Shown here piece after piece: positions 25,136-38,700 of a stretch of 64,000 bases of DNA (position 1 is its first letter; each line of letters begins with the position of its first letter). The DNA is taken from NCBI RefSeq assembly GCF_037042905.1, contig NC_087251.1:992001-1056000 (forward strand), read 5' to 3'. Made by a program: the position numbers and the translations under genes. Below the pieces are notes generated by a model, which saw only the letters and a list, made by a program, of their open reading frames with translations, was not told the DNA's origin and made no database searches. This DNA comes from Lytechinus pictus. Lineage: Eukaryota.

Positions 25136-25750
25136 CTTACTGCCTGCCCTTTATTTCTGACACATAACTTTGGAAAGAATGATTTCTGACTTTTAGTTAT
25201 TTACCACTTTACCGCCGTTACAGAAAAAAATAAACGCGGACATCGCATGTAACGGTGGTATGCGGTGTTGTAGGAATGATTTATGATATGAAGCCTCTTT
25301 TCATTTGCTATCCCATTACTGTTTTGTTATTAAACAAATGTTGCTATATCAATCATGGCCATTTGAATTTGACTAAGTTTATCTTTTAATTAGATATCTT
25401 CAACTGAAAATGACCATTTTGGATGTCACACTTGGTACCCCAAAAAAGAGTCTGGACATCATCATTTAAAGTCTCACCATCAAAAATACTTGAGCCTTGA
25501 GGTTCAACATTTTTATTTCTGCATCAAGTAATTGCTTACATAACTGCCTTCCAACCAAACCACATTGCTGATTGCAACATCCAAACGCCAAACACATTTT
25601 CAGGATAAAGCCAACAATTCATAGGGAACACAAAAAAGTGCTGTTGCCCCAACCCCGTGGAATGACCCAATAACAATACATGCCTACCATTGAACATTCA
25701 TTCACTGATTCAGAAACTTGGCCTAGCCCTAGGTTCATGTAGGTTAGAGT

Positions 25751-25885
25751 TAGACCAAGTCCAAGGGCAGGCAAAAGCTTCAGTCTCTGTAGTATTTTGG
25801 TTGTTCCGCTGAACTGCGTTGGCTCATGGGGATTATGTCAGAAATTGTTGAATAAATCCCCAGAAACGAAGGTTATTCCTGTCTA
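25751..25885. repeat. Internally deleted copy of the 24296-25135 element
   Basis: 25772-25825 matches 24301-24351 and 25826-25885 matches 25068-25135. Confidence 0.85.
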
Positions 25886-28800
25886 TCCCTATGTATACTA
25901 TACTTAGTATAACATTATATCTCGAGATATATTGTTATGAAATTGGTATCATTTGAAAGCCTAATATTTTGCTTACATGCTATTCCAATACATCAAACAC
26001 GGAATCGTGACAAGACATTATTCTCTTGTGTCAATTAGAAAATGCACAAGCGGGTCATGGAGATTGCCTCCAGAGTTGAGTGAGTGGTGTGTGGCCGTCT
26101 GAGTGACTGCGAGATTGAGCGAGCGAAGACACGTTTTCCGAAATAAACTTAGACATTCAAATCGTCAATACAACAACACTTTTAAGTATAAATAATTATG
26201 ATGAAAATTCATTCACATCGTGCATTTACAATTCTTATATTACGAGAATAAAAGCAAGAATTGGATTCAAGAAATTACCTCATTTGAAAGCAAACTTGCC
26301 GCAAAAAAAGAGAGCGAAATGTAGTGCGCCACCTTGTGGTCTATTAGTAAAGTGTCTAATGGTTTGGGTTTTTACAACATCAACAACATCATATAGCCTT
26401 ACAAAACACTTTCTTTAGTGTATCAATCAACACAAAATATCTATATATGAGATCATTTTCAAATTTTGTAATGAAAGAGGAGGAGACTTTAAGGAAGCTG
26501 GGCGCTCCCCCCCCCCCTAAAAAGGAAGAATATATTACATGAATGTATACCAAATTGAGAGGAAAAAAATACATAAAAACATAATGTGGGACAAGAGAAG
26601 ATTTTCAAAGGAGATTTAATATGCAAAAGGCAAAGGTACTGGGAAAGGAAAAAAATGTACAAAAGGGTACAGAGAGGAGATGAGACAGAATTAAAAAACA
26701 CACACACAAAGGAACAACCGTAAAACACAGAAAACTGAGGAAAGAAAATAGTTCCGTGAAGGGGGCATTCTAATGTTGATAGAAAGGAAAGGAGTGAGAA
26801 AGAGAAAGAGAAACAAATAATTAGAGACAATAAAGTGGGCGAAGGAATAGAGAAATAGAGAACTAAATAGGGCCAGCCAGGAAAAAAAAAAGAGGGAATA
26901 GACTACGGTGTTATAATTTATAAGAAAATGAAAGATCATGACATTGTATATTACATATAAAATATTTTCAACGTAATTCAAAATAATCCTCAGTAAAAGA
27001 AATTTCAACTTGCGTTAACAAACAGAGACACAGATGGAGAAAGCCCGGAGAAAGTTACATCAATATGCATGATGGGATGAAGCGAATTCCATAAATTAGA
27101 ACCAGTATTCAGAGCAAAAGCGGTTCTTACACGTGGTATGATATGAAGTGCAGTTGCCTACCTTGTATTGTATCTGTGAACTTGATTGTTTTTTTTTCTA
27201 AGCATTTGCACTAAAATTAATGCTTTCGGGAATGTACCACTTTCCATAATGAGTAAGCCTAACTGTATTAAGAGATAGATATATATTTTAACTTTAATAA
27301 TTCATTTATAGAACAAAATGTGAGCAAATGTGATGTGATATTACATTGAAAACAATTCTTATCACCCTTTTTGAGTGACAATGCTTTTTAAATGAGTTTT
27401 TAGTGACTTACCCAAGGCCAACACTCCATAATGAAGGTAAGGCAAAATCAGAGTAGAAAATAAAATAAGCAAATTTCTTGTGGGATAAAACGACTTAACT
27501 TATAAAAATTACACCAGCATTTTTGGACAAAACTTTGCAAACATTATTACATTGGTAATCCAATTTAAATCCTCATCAATGTTTAAACCAAGAAACTTTG
27601 GAAATTACTCTTTCATTATTAGAATTATCAAAACAAAAAATGTCCCGGTAAAGCATATAATTTGTCCTTTGAAGGTGCGAAGACAATATTATTTGTTTGC
27701 ATGTATCAACAAAACAAAAAGAGCGAGAAAGGAAGAAAAACGTATAGTGGGAAAGAACAAATTATTGTTCATGTTATATTATTATGTACATTTTTTCATA
27801 ACTTTATGAAACATAATTTGCTTAGGGCCTATATGTCTTCATTGTTCGTGGTGCTCGCATTATCTGTTTAACGAGATGTATAATCCTGTTGTACTAAAAC
27901 TCCCCGTTTTCAAGTTAATATTATACACCAAATATATTTCCTGGCACTTCGAGTTATTGTGGTTTTATGTAGTGACATATGCTTCTTTTTCTTGACTACT
28001 TAAAGTGATTGCCACATTATAAGGTCTTAATATAAAACATTTCCTAACATGTCTGAATTTCTTAAGTTTTCAGCTGGCGCTTCGCTCGCACTATTTGATT
28101 AGTGAGATGAGTATGTTAATCGTGATTAAAATGACTACAAGTGCTTCATGTGTTTAGATGTAATGCTTACAAAATCAGCAAGCAGTTGGCACTTGCATTA
28201 GATGACTGGTGAGATATGTATACTCTTAATAGATTCCTAAAATATATAGTCTTAAAATTTCCCTGTTTGGGGTCAATATATACAAAATTTTCAGCTCGCG
28301 CTTCGCGCTCGCATTGTTTAGCGAGACAGGTATGTATCATGATTACAAATAATTGCTTATAATGTCCCTTTTTAGGTCTGAATATAAAAAATTTCAGCTC
28401 GCGCTTCCGCTCACATTTTAGCGAGACAGGTACGTATCACGATTACAAAAATTTGCTTATAATGTCCCTTTATAGGTCTGACAAGAAGAAAGAGACAAAT
28501 TAAAAATATGAACAAGAGGTTTCACAATTATTCCAGGAATGACAGCTAATTAACTAATTTTTTATACCATCAAAACGGGGGCTTGTATTATTTATAAACG
28601 AACTCACAAGTTTATTCATATTGTTGGCGTTTAGAAAAGACTATCCTATTCGGTTCATGCATAAAATCAAGAAAGTCTATCCCGTACATCTTGGTATAGT
28701 GTTCTGACAATTAAATGTTTCGAGTGCGAAGCGCGAACATAATCATAAAGAAAATACTTATATATAAATATGATAACTAAACATCACTGAGAGCGTAGGA

Positions 28801-29028
28801 AATGGGTCCCATGCACTCGATGTAGATTTTTTTGAAGTTATTTCTTGAATTTACTCAATACGTACGTCAATACAATATCACAATTTTTCTTTTCGAGTAC
28901 ACTGTAAAAAATTATTTGAAATTACTCAAAATTGAGGCAAAATAAATTTTTAATTTTGTTCAAGTATTTATAAGTTTGGCAGTTTTAAATAAAATTTATT
29001 TATTTTCTTTACATCCATTTTTACTTAA

Positions 29029-29632
29029 AGGACAAGTCCACCCCCAACAAAAGTTGATTCGAATAAAAAGAAAAAATCCAAAAAGCATAACACTGAAAAT
29101 TTCATCAAAATCGGATGTAAAATAAGAAAGTTATGACATTTTAAAGTTTTGCTTAATTTCACAAAACAGTAATATTCACATCCTTGTCGGTATGCAAATG
29201 AGGAGACTGATGACATCACTCACTCACTATTTCTTTTTGTTTTTTATTATATGAAATGTGAAATATTCAAATTTTCCACCTGCTGTCCTGTGACAAACGA
29301 TTAATTCCTCCCTAAACTTGTGGAATTAGCATTGTTTAATACTATATGGTTCAATCAAGTTGGTCCTTATTGTCAAATCTGTAAAAAATAAAATATTGTA
29401 TAATTCAAACAATAAAAAAACAAAAGAAATAGAGAGTGAGGGACATCATCGACTGTGTCATTTGCATGTCACTGAGTTGTGCATATCACTGTTTTGTGAA
29501 AAATAAGCGAATCTTTAAAATGTCATAGCTTTCTTATTTTACATCCGATTTTGATAAAATTTTCAGCATAATGCTTGTTTGATTTTTTTCTATTTATTCA
29601 AATCAACATTTTTTCTGGGAAGGACTTGACCT
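29029..29632 (+). mobile_element. Kolobok-like MITE (AGGACAAGTCC family), copy 2
   Basis: TTAA|AGGACAAGTCCACCCC...GGACTTGACCT. Confidence 0.85.
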
Positions 29633-29695
29633 TAAAGTATAAGTAACAACAACTTGATTCAATTAAGTAAAACAATCACTGAGATATGATTTAAA

Positions 29696-30654
29696 AACAA
29701 GTGGAATGCCTCTGGCCGTCTCACCTGCATCACGCGATTCAATATAGCAGCAGTGCTGATTTTGAAAACTTCTATAACTCGCACAAGATGTTCAGTGATA
29801 CTTGGTTACTCGTATTTCCACGTTTTATGAATTAGACCAATACACTTATAGAGATATGATGGCAATTCAACAAATACCCCCAACGTGGCCAAAGTTCTTT
29901 GACCTTACATGACCTTTGACCTTGATCATGTGACCTGAAACTCGCACAGGATGTTCAGTGATACTTGATTACTCTTATGTCCAAGTTTTATGAACTAGAC
30001 CAACACACTTTCAAATTTATGGCTGTAATTCAACAAATACCCCAATTTGGCCAAAGTTCATTGACCCTAAATGACCTTTGACCTTGATCATGTGACCTGA
30101 AACTTGCACAGGTTGTTCAGTAATACTTGATTACTATTATGTCCAAGTTTCATGAATCAGATCCATAAACTTTCAAAGTTATGATGGTAATTCAACAGAT
30201 ACCCCCAATTCGGCCAAAGTTCATTGACCCTAAATGACCTTTGACCTTGGTCATGTGTCGTGAAACTCATGCAGGATGTTCGGTGATACTTGATTAACCT
30301 TATGTATAAGTTTCATGAACTAGGTCCATATATTTTCTAATTTATGATGACATTTCAAAAACTTAACCTTAGGTTAAGATTTTGATGTTGATTCCCCCAA
30401 CATGGTCTAAGTTCATTGACCCTAAATGACCTTTGACCTTGGTCATGTGACATGAAACTCAGGCACGATGTTCAGTAATACTTGATTAACCTTATGGCCA
30501 AGTTTCATGAACTAGGTCCATATACTTTCTAAGTTATGCTGTCATTTCAAAAACTTAACCTCAGGTTAAGATTTGGTGTTGACGCCGCCGCCGCCGTCGC
30601 CGTCGGAAAAGCGGCGCCTATAGTCTCACTCTGCTATGCAGGTGAGACAAAAAA
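29696..30654 (-). mobile_element. Helentron-associated (HINE/DINE/pearl-like) element with tandem core repeats of about 162 bp
   Basis: Subterminal inverted repeat GTCTCACCTGCAT/ATGCAGGTGAGAC, CTTGTT 3' end on the minus strand, (GCC)n microsatellite, about 5 core units starting near 29777, 29939, 30100, 30264 and 30456. Confidence 0.8.
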
Positions 30655-31099
30655 TTGGGGGAGTGGACTTTCGTGATTCGAAAGACCGCTCCCCCATCGT
30701 CCCACTTTCAGTGGCATCATTTTCATCTGAGATATAAAAGTTTTATCCAAATATTAGACCGGTTCATTCTCACATATAAAACAGTGAGAATAATATTAAT
30801 ATTTTCCGATACTTAAATAGAAATTTGAAATTTTCTGATGGAGCGACTATTTAATGTTGCTCTCTCTTTGATTCAACAGAAGAATAAAATATTTTGCACA
30901 CCCTAATCCAAAACAATGTCAAACACAAATAGATATGACAGTTATTTAAAAATGTTGACATTTACTTGCTCTTAATGAATATTCAAGTATTATTTAAATA
31001 AGGCGTTAATTGAACAATGTAAGTACATTCAACATGATGATTTTATAAGTAATAATTGGAGTTAGATTTACTTAATCGAAGCAGGCTAGCAATAAGGCC

Positions 31100-31260
31100 T
31101 AAGGCAATAAGGTCTAATGCGCCTGGCTATACATGGAAAGTCCGGGGTTCGATCCCCGGCCGCTGCACCTATGCCCGTGAGCAAGTCGATTAAATCAAAA
31201 TGCTCTTTTATCCTGCTTTCAAATAAATGGAAATGCTATATGCATTATTGGTAACTAAGT
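31100..31260 (+). mobile_element. tRNA-derived SINE fragment
   Basis: B-box GGTTCGATCCC followed by CACCTATGCCCGTGAGCAAG, a SINE2-like core. No full cloverleaf. Confidence 0.6.
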
Positions 31261-32722
31261 GTGCACTTGTTTAATATATATATATATAGTGTGATGATAA
31301 GTTTACTTCTACCAATCGCTGTTGAGTTGTGAATATTAAACATAATGAAATGAGGCGAGGCCAACTCAACAGATGACGCAGGACACCATTATTTGCTTTA
31401 GCTTTCGCCTTTTAATTGAGACTTCGTCAGAAGCGTCTGAAAATATAAGGAGATACAACATCCAAGTTTGTTTTGAACATCAATGAATTATCACCAAGTT
31501 GAATATATTCCATAATGACAAATTAATGAATGAACAGATAAATAAATTAATGAATAATAAATAATTAATTCAATTAAAATAATAATGATATATTCGTGAA
31601 TTTTCGTAAATGTATATTGAAGCCAAATAAATCAAGTAAATTAAAAGACAAGTTAAATCTACTGAACAAATGAATAAAATACAATTACAAATACGGTAAT
31701 ACTAATTCTGAGATTTTTTTCCAGCGTAACATAATACAAACAAAATATAGGGCCTACATTATAGTGGTTTCATTCATTTGATTTGATAAAAAGGTATCTG
31801 TAAGAATATATACATATGTAAATATCGTTAATTATAATGATATGATTATAACTCTCAAATATACTAAATAGTCATCAATATACATGTACATATCATGTAC
31901 TTTATAGCAAGTTTTGAAAACTAAGTGATGTCGTTTTTTTTCCGTAGATTACTAGTCAAGATTTATAAATTGAATCGAAAGCGTGCATGTTTCATATGAA
32001 TAGATCGAGATGCTATATTTTACCCCTTTCCTTTTATTTCTTTTTCTCTTTTTGTTCTTGGTCATAAACTGACTTTGAAAACTGTTGGTTTCAGTAATCA
32101 AAATTGAAAAATGACATTTTGATTACATTCCGTCATCATAAATAGCTAAGTTACTTTTCTAACTAATCAAATAATTATAGTGCGAAGTTTGAACTGCCCT
32201 TTTTGGACATACAGACGATAAGAACTTGGCATTTTAGGCACTTTTTGAAAAGAAGGCATACATTACTGAACAGTTATGAGCCGATGGCGACGCACGAGCT
32301 AAAATTTTTGATATAGTGACATGCAAAATTCATTCAAGGACTATTTCTATGAATTCCCCAAGCCGGTTACATATCTCACTAATTAAATGTGAGCGCGAGG
32401 TGTGAAGATCCGAAATTTTAATATTCAGACCTGAAAAAGAACGTTTTAACTTTAAGAATTTATGAAAATTATTAGGCGGATAAGCATCAGAATACACGAC
32501 TTCGATAATATCTTTGGGGACATGGCTTATTATGTCCCCCACCCTTATTATTTTTTGTCTGACACCCATGCCTGAAACTCCCCTATTGATTTCTTTATAC
32601 CCCCCCCCCAAAAAAAAAAAAATGCATGATTACGATGTCAGCTCGCTATTTTTCTTTTTTCTTCCGACTTATAGTTATAGCGTACGAGCTACCGTACTAG
32701 CAATTCGGAAGAAAGCGGTAAA

Positions 32723-32787
32723 ATGAGTTCTGAAAATATTTCATTTTATGCACGTTTGAAGCAAACACAAGAGCTGCAGCATAAAAG
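32723..32787 (+). CDS. KIZ: KIZ coding exon 1
   Basis: MSSENISFYARLKQTQELQHK, donor AG|GTGAG, phase 2. Confidence 0.8.
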
Positions 32788-35700
32788 GTGAGAATAAAAA
32801 GAAATTTAAACGCTGTATTAAGTTTTATTCATCATGCCCTTGAAATGAAATCACTAAAGTTATATAGGGTCTACAAATACAATTTACAACAGTAGCTGCG
32901 CCGGTACTAAAAAAAGGCGTGACCGTACGGTACCGCCCGCCCGGAGGAGCGGCGGCAGGCGAGTTCGAACTTGCGCTCTCTATTCCGAGCAGCGTTCTCG
33001 CCAGGATTTTTCTTACGCGTGTCGGAAACCCGCCGATTCGGCGATGGCCAAATTTGCACGTGATGTTTTGATTTTCACATGCGCTGCGCTTTGATCCGAT
33101 CCAAAGTCAAGTTTCATTGCCAATCCGCGAAGTTCAATAGATGATGTACGGTAATGCTGTTTTAATCGGCGGCGGACACCAACCTAAAAAACTGATATCG
33201 GCGAAAATATTGGAATGTTAAGTTGTTATTTATCTCAAAATTTAGGGGCATATTTTGTCTGGATATGTTTAAAACTGTTTTGAGGTGTTAATGCATTAAA
33301 ATATATTTCATATACCTTTCGTTATGGACTCCCGTTCTCCGAGAAGAAATATAAATCACGCATTATTTGTAAATTTCTTACAACGGCGGAAAATAAAATA
33401 AAACAAAATAGAAGTCACAAACATCTCAGATTAATGAGCGATCGATTTGGGAATGTTTTAAAATTGTTTTTGAGGTCCTAACGTGTTGAAATATATTTAT
33501 ATACCTTTCGCTATGAACTCTCTAAGAAATGATGCACTATTCTGACAACGGCAGGAAGGATTATAAAACAATAGAAGTCACAAACATCTCAGATTAATGA
33601 ACGATCTATCAGGACATTTTTAACATTGTTTTGAGGTGTTCTACCTGATGGCCTCCTGTCAACGACAAGGCTGTTTGCCGATGATTGTGTCATTTACACT
33701 TCTGGCACAAATTCTAATGACTTTCAAATCCTCCAAGACGATCTGTCAAAACTAGAAGAGTGGCAGAATAAATGGGCCATGTCCTTCAATCCAGCCAAAT
33801 GTGTCATCATGAAAATACCATCCAAGGCAGTACAGATTCCAACAGAAAGAGATTACACCTTCTGTGGCCAAAAACTACAAGAAGTGTCTACATGCTCTTA
33901 CCTTGGTGTTGAAATGGATAACAGGATGCGCTGGGACGCCCAGATCAACAAAGTCTGCTCCAAAGCTTCCAGAGTACTCGGTTTCCTGAGAAGGAACTTT
34001 TGGTCTGCTCCCAAGGAAATAAAACAACTTTCCTACCAAACGTTGGTGAGACCAATCCTGGAATACGCCTCCCCTGCATGGGATCCCCATTACAAGAAGG
34101 ATACCCAGAAAATAGAAGCCATTCAGAGAAAGGCAGCTCGTTTCTGTATGGGGAACTACAGACAAACCAGTAGCGTCACAACCATGTTACGGGCCTTAGA
34201 ATGGGACTCATTGGAAGACAGACGGAAATACAGTAGACTGAGCCTAATGTTCCAAATAATCAAAGGTCTTGTTGCCATCAACCCCCCAAAAACGTCATCC
34301 AGCAAACCACCCGGCAGACTAGAGGAAATAGTATCAAGCTCCAGCGTCTACTAGTCAAAAGGGATGTTCATAGATACAGCTTCTTCCCTCGAACTACCAA
34401 AGATTGGAACGAGTTAAACATGGACACAACATTGATAAACTCATTAGACTCTTTCAAATCCAAACTCAATCAAAAACCTAGCAAGTGACCTGCTTACTTG
34501 GTGATTTCACACACATCAATAAAGTTGGCGGAGTACAGCAAGTCTGCATATGCCGACTTAACCCAAGACAAGACAAGACAAGTGTTAATGAGTTAAAATA
34601 TATTTGATATACCTTTCGTTGCGGACTTCCGTTCTCCGAGAAGAAATATAAATCACGCATTATTCTTAAATTTCTTACAACGGCGGAAAAGAAAATAAAA
34701 CAAAATAGAAGTCACAAACATCTCAGATTAATGAGCGATTGATTTGGGAATGTTTTAAAATTGTTTTTGAGGTCCTAACGAGTTGAAATATATATATATA
34801 CCTTTCGCTATGAACTCTCTAAGAAATATTAATGACGCACTATTCTGACAACGGCGGGAAGGATTATCATGATTATAAAACAGAATAGAAGTCACAAACA
34901 TCTCAGATTAATGAACGATCTATCAGGACATTTTTAACATTGTTTTGAGGTGTTAATGAGTTAAAATATATTTGATATACCTTTCGTTGCGGACTTCCGT
35001 TCTCCGAGAAGAAATATAAATCACGCATTATTCTTAAATTTCTTACAACGGCGGAAAAGAAAATAAAACAAAATAGAAGTCACAAACAACTCAGATTAAT
35101 GAACGATCGATTTGGGAATGTTTTAAAATTGTTTTTGAGGTCCTAACGAGTTGAAATATATTTATATACCTTTCGCTATGAACTCTATAAGAAATATTAA
35201 TGATGCACTATTCTGACAACGGCGGGAAGGATTATAAAACAGAATAGAAGTCACAAACATCTCGGATTAATTAACGATCTAACAGGACATTATTAACATT
35301 GTTTTGAGGTGTTAATGAGTTAAAATATATTTGATATACCTTTCGTTACGGACTCCCGTTCTCCGAGAAGAAATGTAAATCACCCATTATTATTAAATTT
35401 CTTACAGCGGCGTAAAAGAAATTAAAACAAAATAGAAGTCACAAACAACTCAGATTAATGAACGATCGATTTGGGAATGTTTTAAAATTGTTTTTGAGGT
35501 CCTAACGAGTTGAAATATATTTATATACCTTTCGCTATGAACTCTCTAAGAAATATTAATGATGCACTATTCTGACAACGGCGGGAAGGATTATAAAACA
35601 GAATAGAAGTCACAAACATCTCGGATTAATTAACGATCTATCAGGACATTTTTAACATTGTTTTGAGGTGTTAATGAGTTAAAATATATTTGATATACCT

Positions 35701-38700
35701 TTCGTTGCGGACTTCCGTTCTCCGAGAAGAAATATAAATCACGCATTATTCTTAAATTTCTTACAACGGCGAAAAGAAAATAAGGCAAAATAGAAGTCAC
35801 AAACATTTCAGATTAATGAACGATCAATCTGGGAATGTTTTAATATTGTTTTTGAGGTCCTAACGAGTTAAAATACATTTATATACCTTTCGCTATATGA
35901 ACTCTCTAAGAAATATAAATGACACATTCTGACAACAGCGGAAATGTAAATAAAATAGAACAGAATTCACAAACATATCACTAAACAGATCACTTGGATT
36001 GTGAAGCGTCTCGGCTTGATAGGGAGGTATAAACCGGGATATAAATGATAGTCTTTAATAAAATTGTTGAAGATTCATAATATATTTGTAAAGAGTTTTG
36101 ATGTGATATCGACATGATTTATGATATAAAATCATTCTTCGAAAACCAAAATGAAGCTTACAGCCAAAGCAAGTGATACCTCCTTCGACATAAGGTACAT
36201 TACGTAATACCTTGAGTGACCCAGCTGGGCCAAGTCTGTCATCAAGACACTCGACAACAAATTGAGATAATCTGTCGAGATTTGCTGAACCATTAAATCA
36301 GGTAAACATGAGATAAAAATCATTTCTCTTGGGACTCATTTGGGCAGCCACTGAGGTGATTTTAAAACATGAGCCACGCGAGCAATTGCCTTGGGTGGTG
36401 ATGGACATTTCATCGATTTCTTTTTTAATCAGCAACTTTACAAATAAAAAATAATAACATTCTAATAACTTTTTAAATCTTTGATGGATTTTCCTCAAAC
36501 TTTCACCAATATTTATCATTATTTTTTTCTCCTATCTTCACAATAAACTTTTTGTCAGGGTGAACTGCCCCTTTAATGTTTGGTCACTTGAAAATGACAC
36601 CTACGTATCATGAACGTGTTTTCAGTTGGGAAAATTTTGAAATATACAAAACCACTTATCGTTTATTTCTACCATGTTTATTTTTTAAAGAAAATTGAGA
36701 CTTCGAAAACGTGTTTTTGACCATTTTCATCATTTTGCAATTCAAATTTCCTTTAGAAAGATGTTGCAAAGTCTTAGGGATATTTAATGATCTGTACGAT
36801 GCAGGATCTAGGGGCGGGGGAGTTTTTTTTGTATGGTAGTTTTTATTTGACAACTTCAGTTCATATACAAAATAAAAAAAAATATTAAAATACATATAAG
36901 AAATAGAAGTTTGATGTCTTTACAAATTGATAAATACCTTGACAACTCATAAATTTAACACCATTTTCCCCCCTTAAGTGTTACAATAAAACACAATGTC
37001 AGACATCTTCCAATACATAATTATAAATAACATTGATGATAATAATATGCATTAAGAATAAAAACTTCTACAATTAATTCAACATATAGATTTTTTTTTC
37101 CAGTGTCAAACATCAACATAAAAAAGAGATTTTCCAAATACACATTGGCATGACATATCGATTAGAAATACCTAAAAATATATTTTTAGATATTTCTAAT
37201 CGATGTGTCGATCATGCGGTCTCATGCCACCACCCCCCCCCCCCCCGCCCCTAGATTATTAATCAACAGAAGAAACTGTATACACATGTATGTGAAAAAC
37301 AATACAAGAAATTATAGTCTGTTTTAGATGAAAGAATGAAAAATAAACGTTAAAAACAAGCAATTAGCCGTCAAACAAAGAACATTAACTTTACATCTCG
37401 CTCCCGCGCCCGGGATCTCGTTTTTCTCCTTTGACAAAATCATGCACACACGTGTCGCTCTAAGCCCCATTTCCAGCAAACTAGCCAACACTTATTGTGA
37501 GTAACTTGTGACATGACAGCAGATCAGAATGACATGAGAAATTGAGAATGAATGTTAAGAATATTAGAAAGTAATTAGCGGGAAAATTATGAGGAACAAT
37601 TCATTTTATGATAAAAAGTTCTTGAAAACTATCGGAAAACGGTATCATGTAAAAATGAAAGGCTACGTCGGACCCGGGTCGCACCGCGGACAATTCAGTT
37701 CTAACATACATCGTAGCATGCATGTCCGGCTCAGCTAGGCGCGCTGGCAACGCTAGTGTGGCTGCTCAGGCTGCCTTGGCTGGCTAGCCGGCTGGAAGTG
37801 GAAATGCGCCAGTTTCTATGCATGGATATTTTCCGGTCATCAAAAATAAGATCGTAGTTTGTTGCCGAAATGATTCTGAAAGTAAACATCCTTTATTTTT
37901 GAGGATTGATGATGAATGATGCAACAATTATTTCCGATGACTTTTCCCCACTTTTTATTATTATTTTTTTGCCTGTGTCGCTCGCGTTTTGCACGTGATG
38001 CATATAGAGCTTGTGGACTTTACGTGTGTCGCATGCGACGCGTGTGTTCTACACTGGCTAGAACGTTGATTTCCGTGCTGTACTGTCAAAGACAGTACAA
38101 GATTACTTCAAGCGCTATGCAGATACAGTACACATGGCGCCCCTCCAATTCTCTACACCTTCAAGCATTTCATTGATACTAAATCTAACTGAAAGCATTT
38201 TATTTTTAATTATGCCCACTGTTTTCTTTAAATTCTAAAATTTATTTTAGTAATAAATATTAATTACCGGTACATTATTAAACACACAAAGTATTTTATG
38301 TAGGTCTACAGAGAATATTCAGTAATATTATTTCCAATGTTTTTTTTCTTGGTTGTAAAAAAACATCGCCAGAGAATAAAAAATGACAGTTAACGTTTTT
38401 GTGTTTTTAGTTGGACATTTGTTAGGTATATTTGGCATGTTTAAATTACTGAAACTACCTTGGGTAAATGAACAAATAAATAAATAAATAAATATATGAA
38501 TCATACTTTGATTATTAAAGTGCACAATATACACATTTTCTTTTTTTTTTATGCAGGGAGAATAAAAGACTGGATCTTCAGAAGCGCTTTGAGAATTATA
38601 TGATGTCTGATCAAAATCTGTAAGTTACTTTTTTTGTTTTAACAACATATCCATAGCCATATTTTTAAAAGTGTGAAAAAGATAATTAGTGGTATAAGGT

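Larger units (their letters stand above)
20136..25668. mobile_element. 5.5-kb non-autonomous DNA transposon, Sola2-like
   Basis: 25-bp TIR GGGTCATTCCA(T/C)GGGGTTGGGGCAA with 4-bp TSD AATA. Repeated GTTACA(T/C)GGACATC motifs. No transposase ORF found. Confidence 0.88.
32990..38068. mobile_element. hAT-like non-autonomous element of about 5.1 kb in KIZ intron 1
   Basis: TIR CAGCGTTCTCGCCAG versus reverse complement CAACGTTCTAGCCAG (13/15). Degenerate TSD ATTCCGAG / ATTTCCGTG. TTACG(C/T)GTGTCG subterminal motifs at both ends. Confidence 0.65.

Noticed and set aside
31120..31170. Possible tRNA gene
   Set aside because: Only the T-arm/B-box is recognisable and it runs into a SINE-like core; there is no full cloverleaf.
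33215..35990. Regularly spaced conserved motifs resembling a CRISPR array
   Set aside because: The intervening sequences are also repeated, so this is a satellite. The context is eukaryotic and there are no cas genes.
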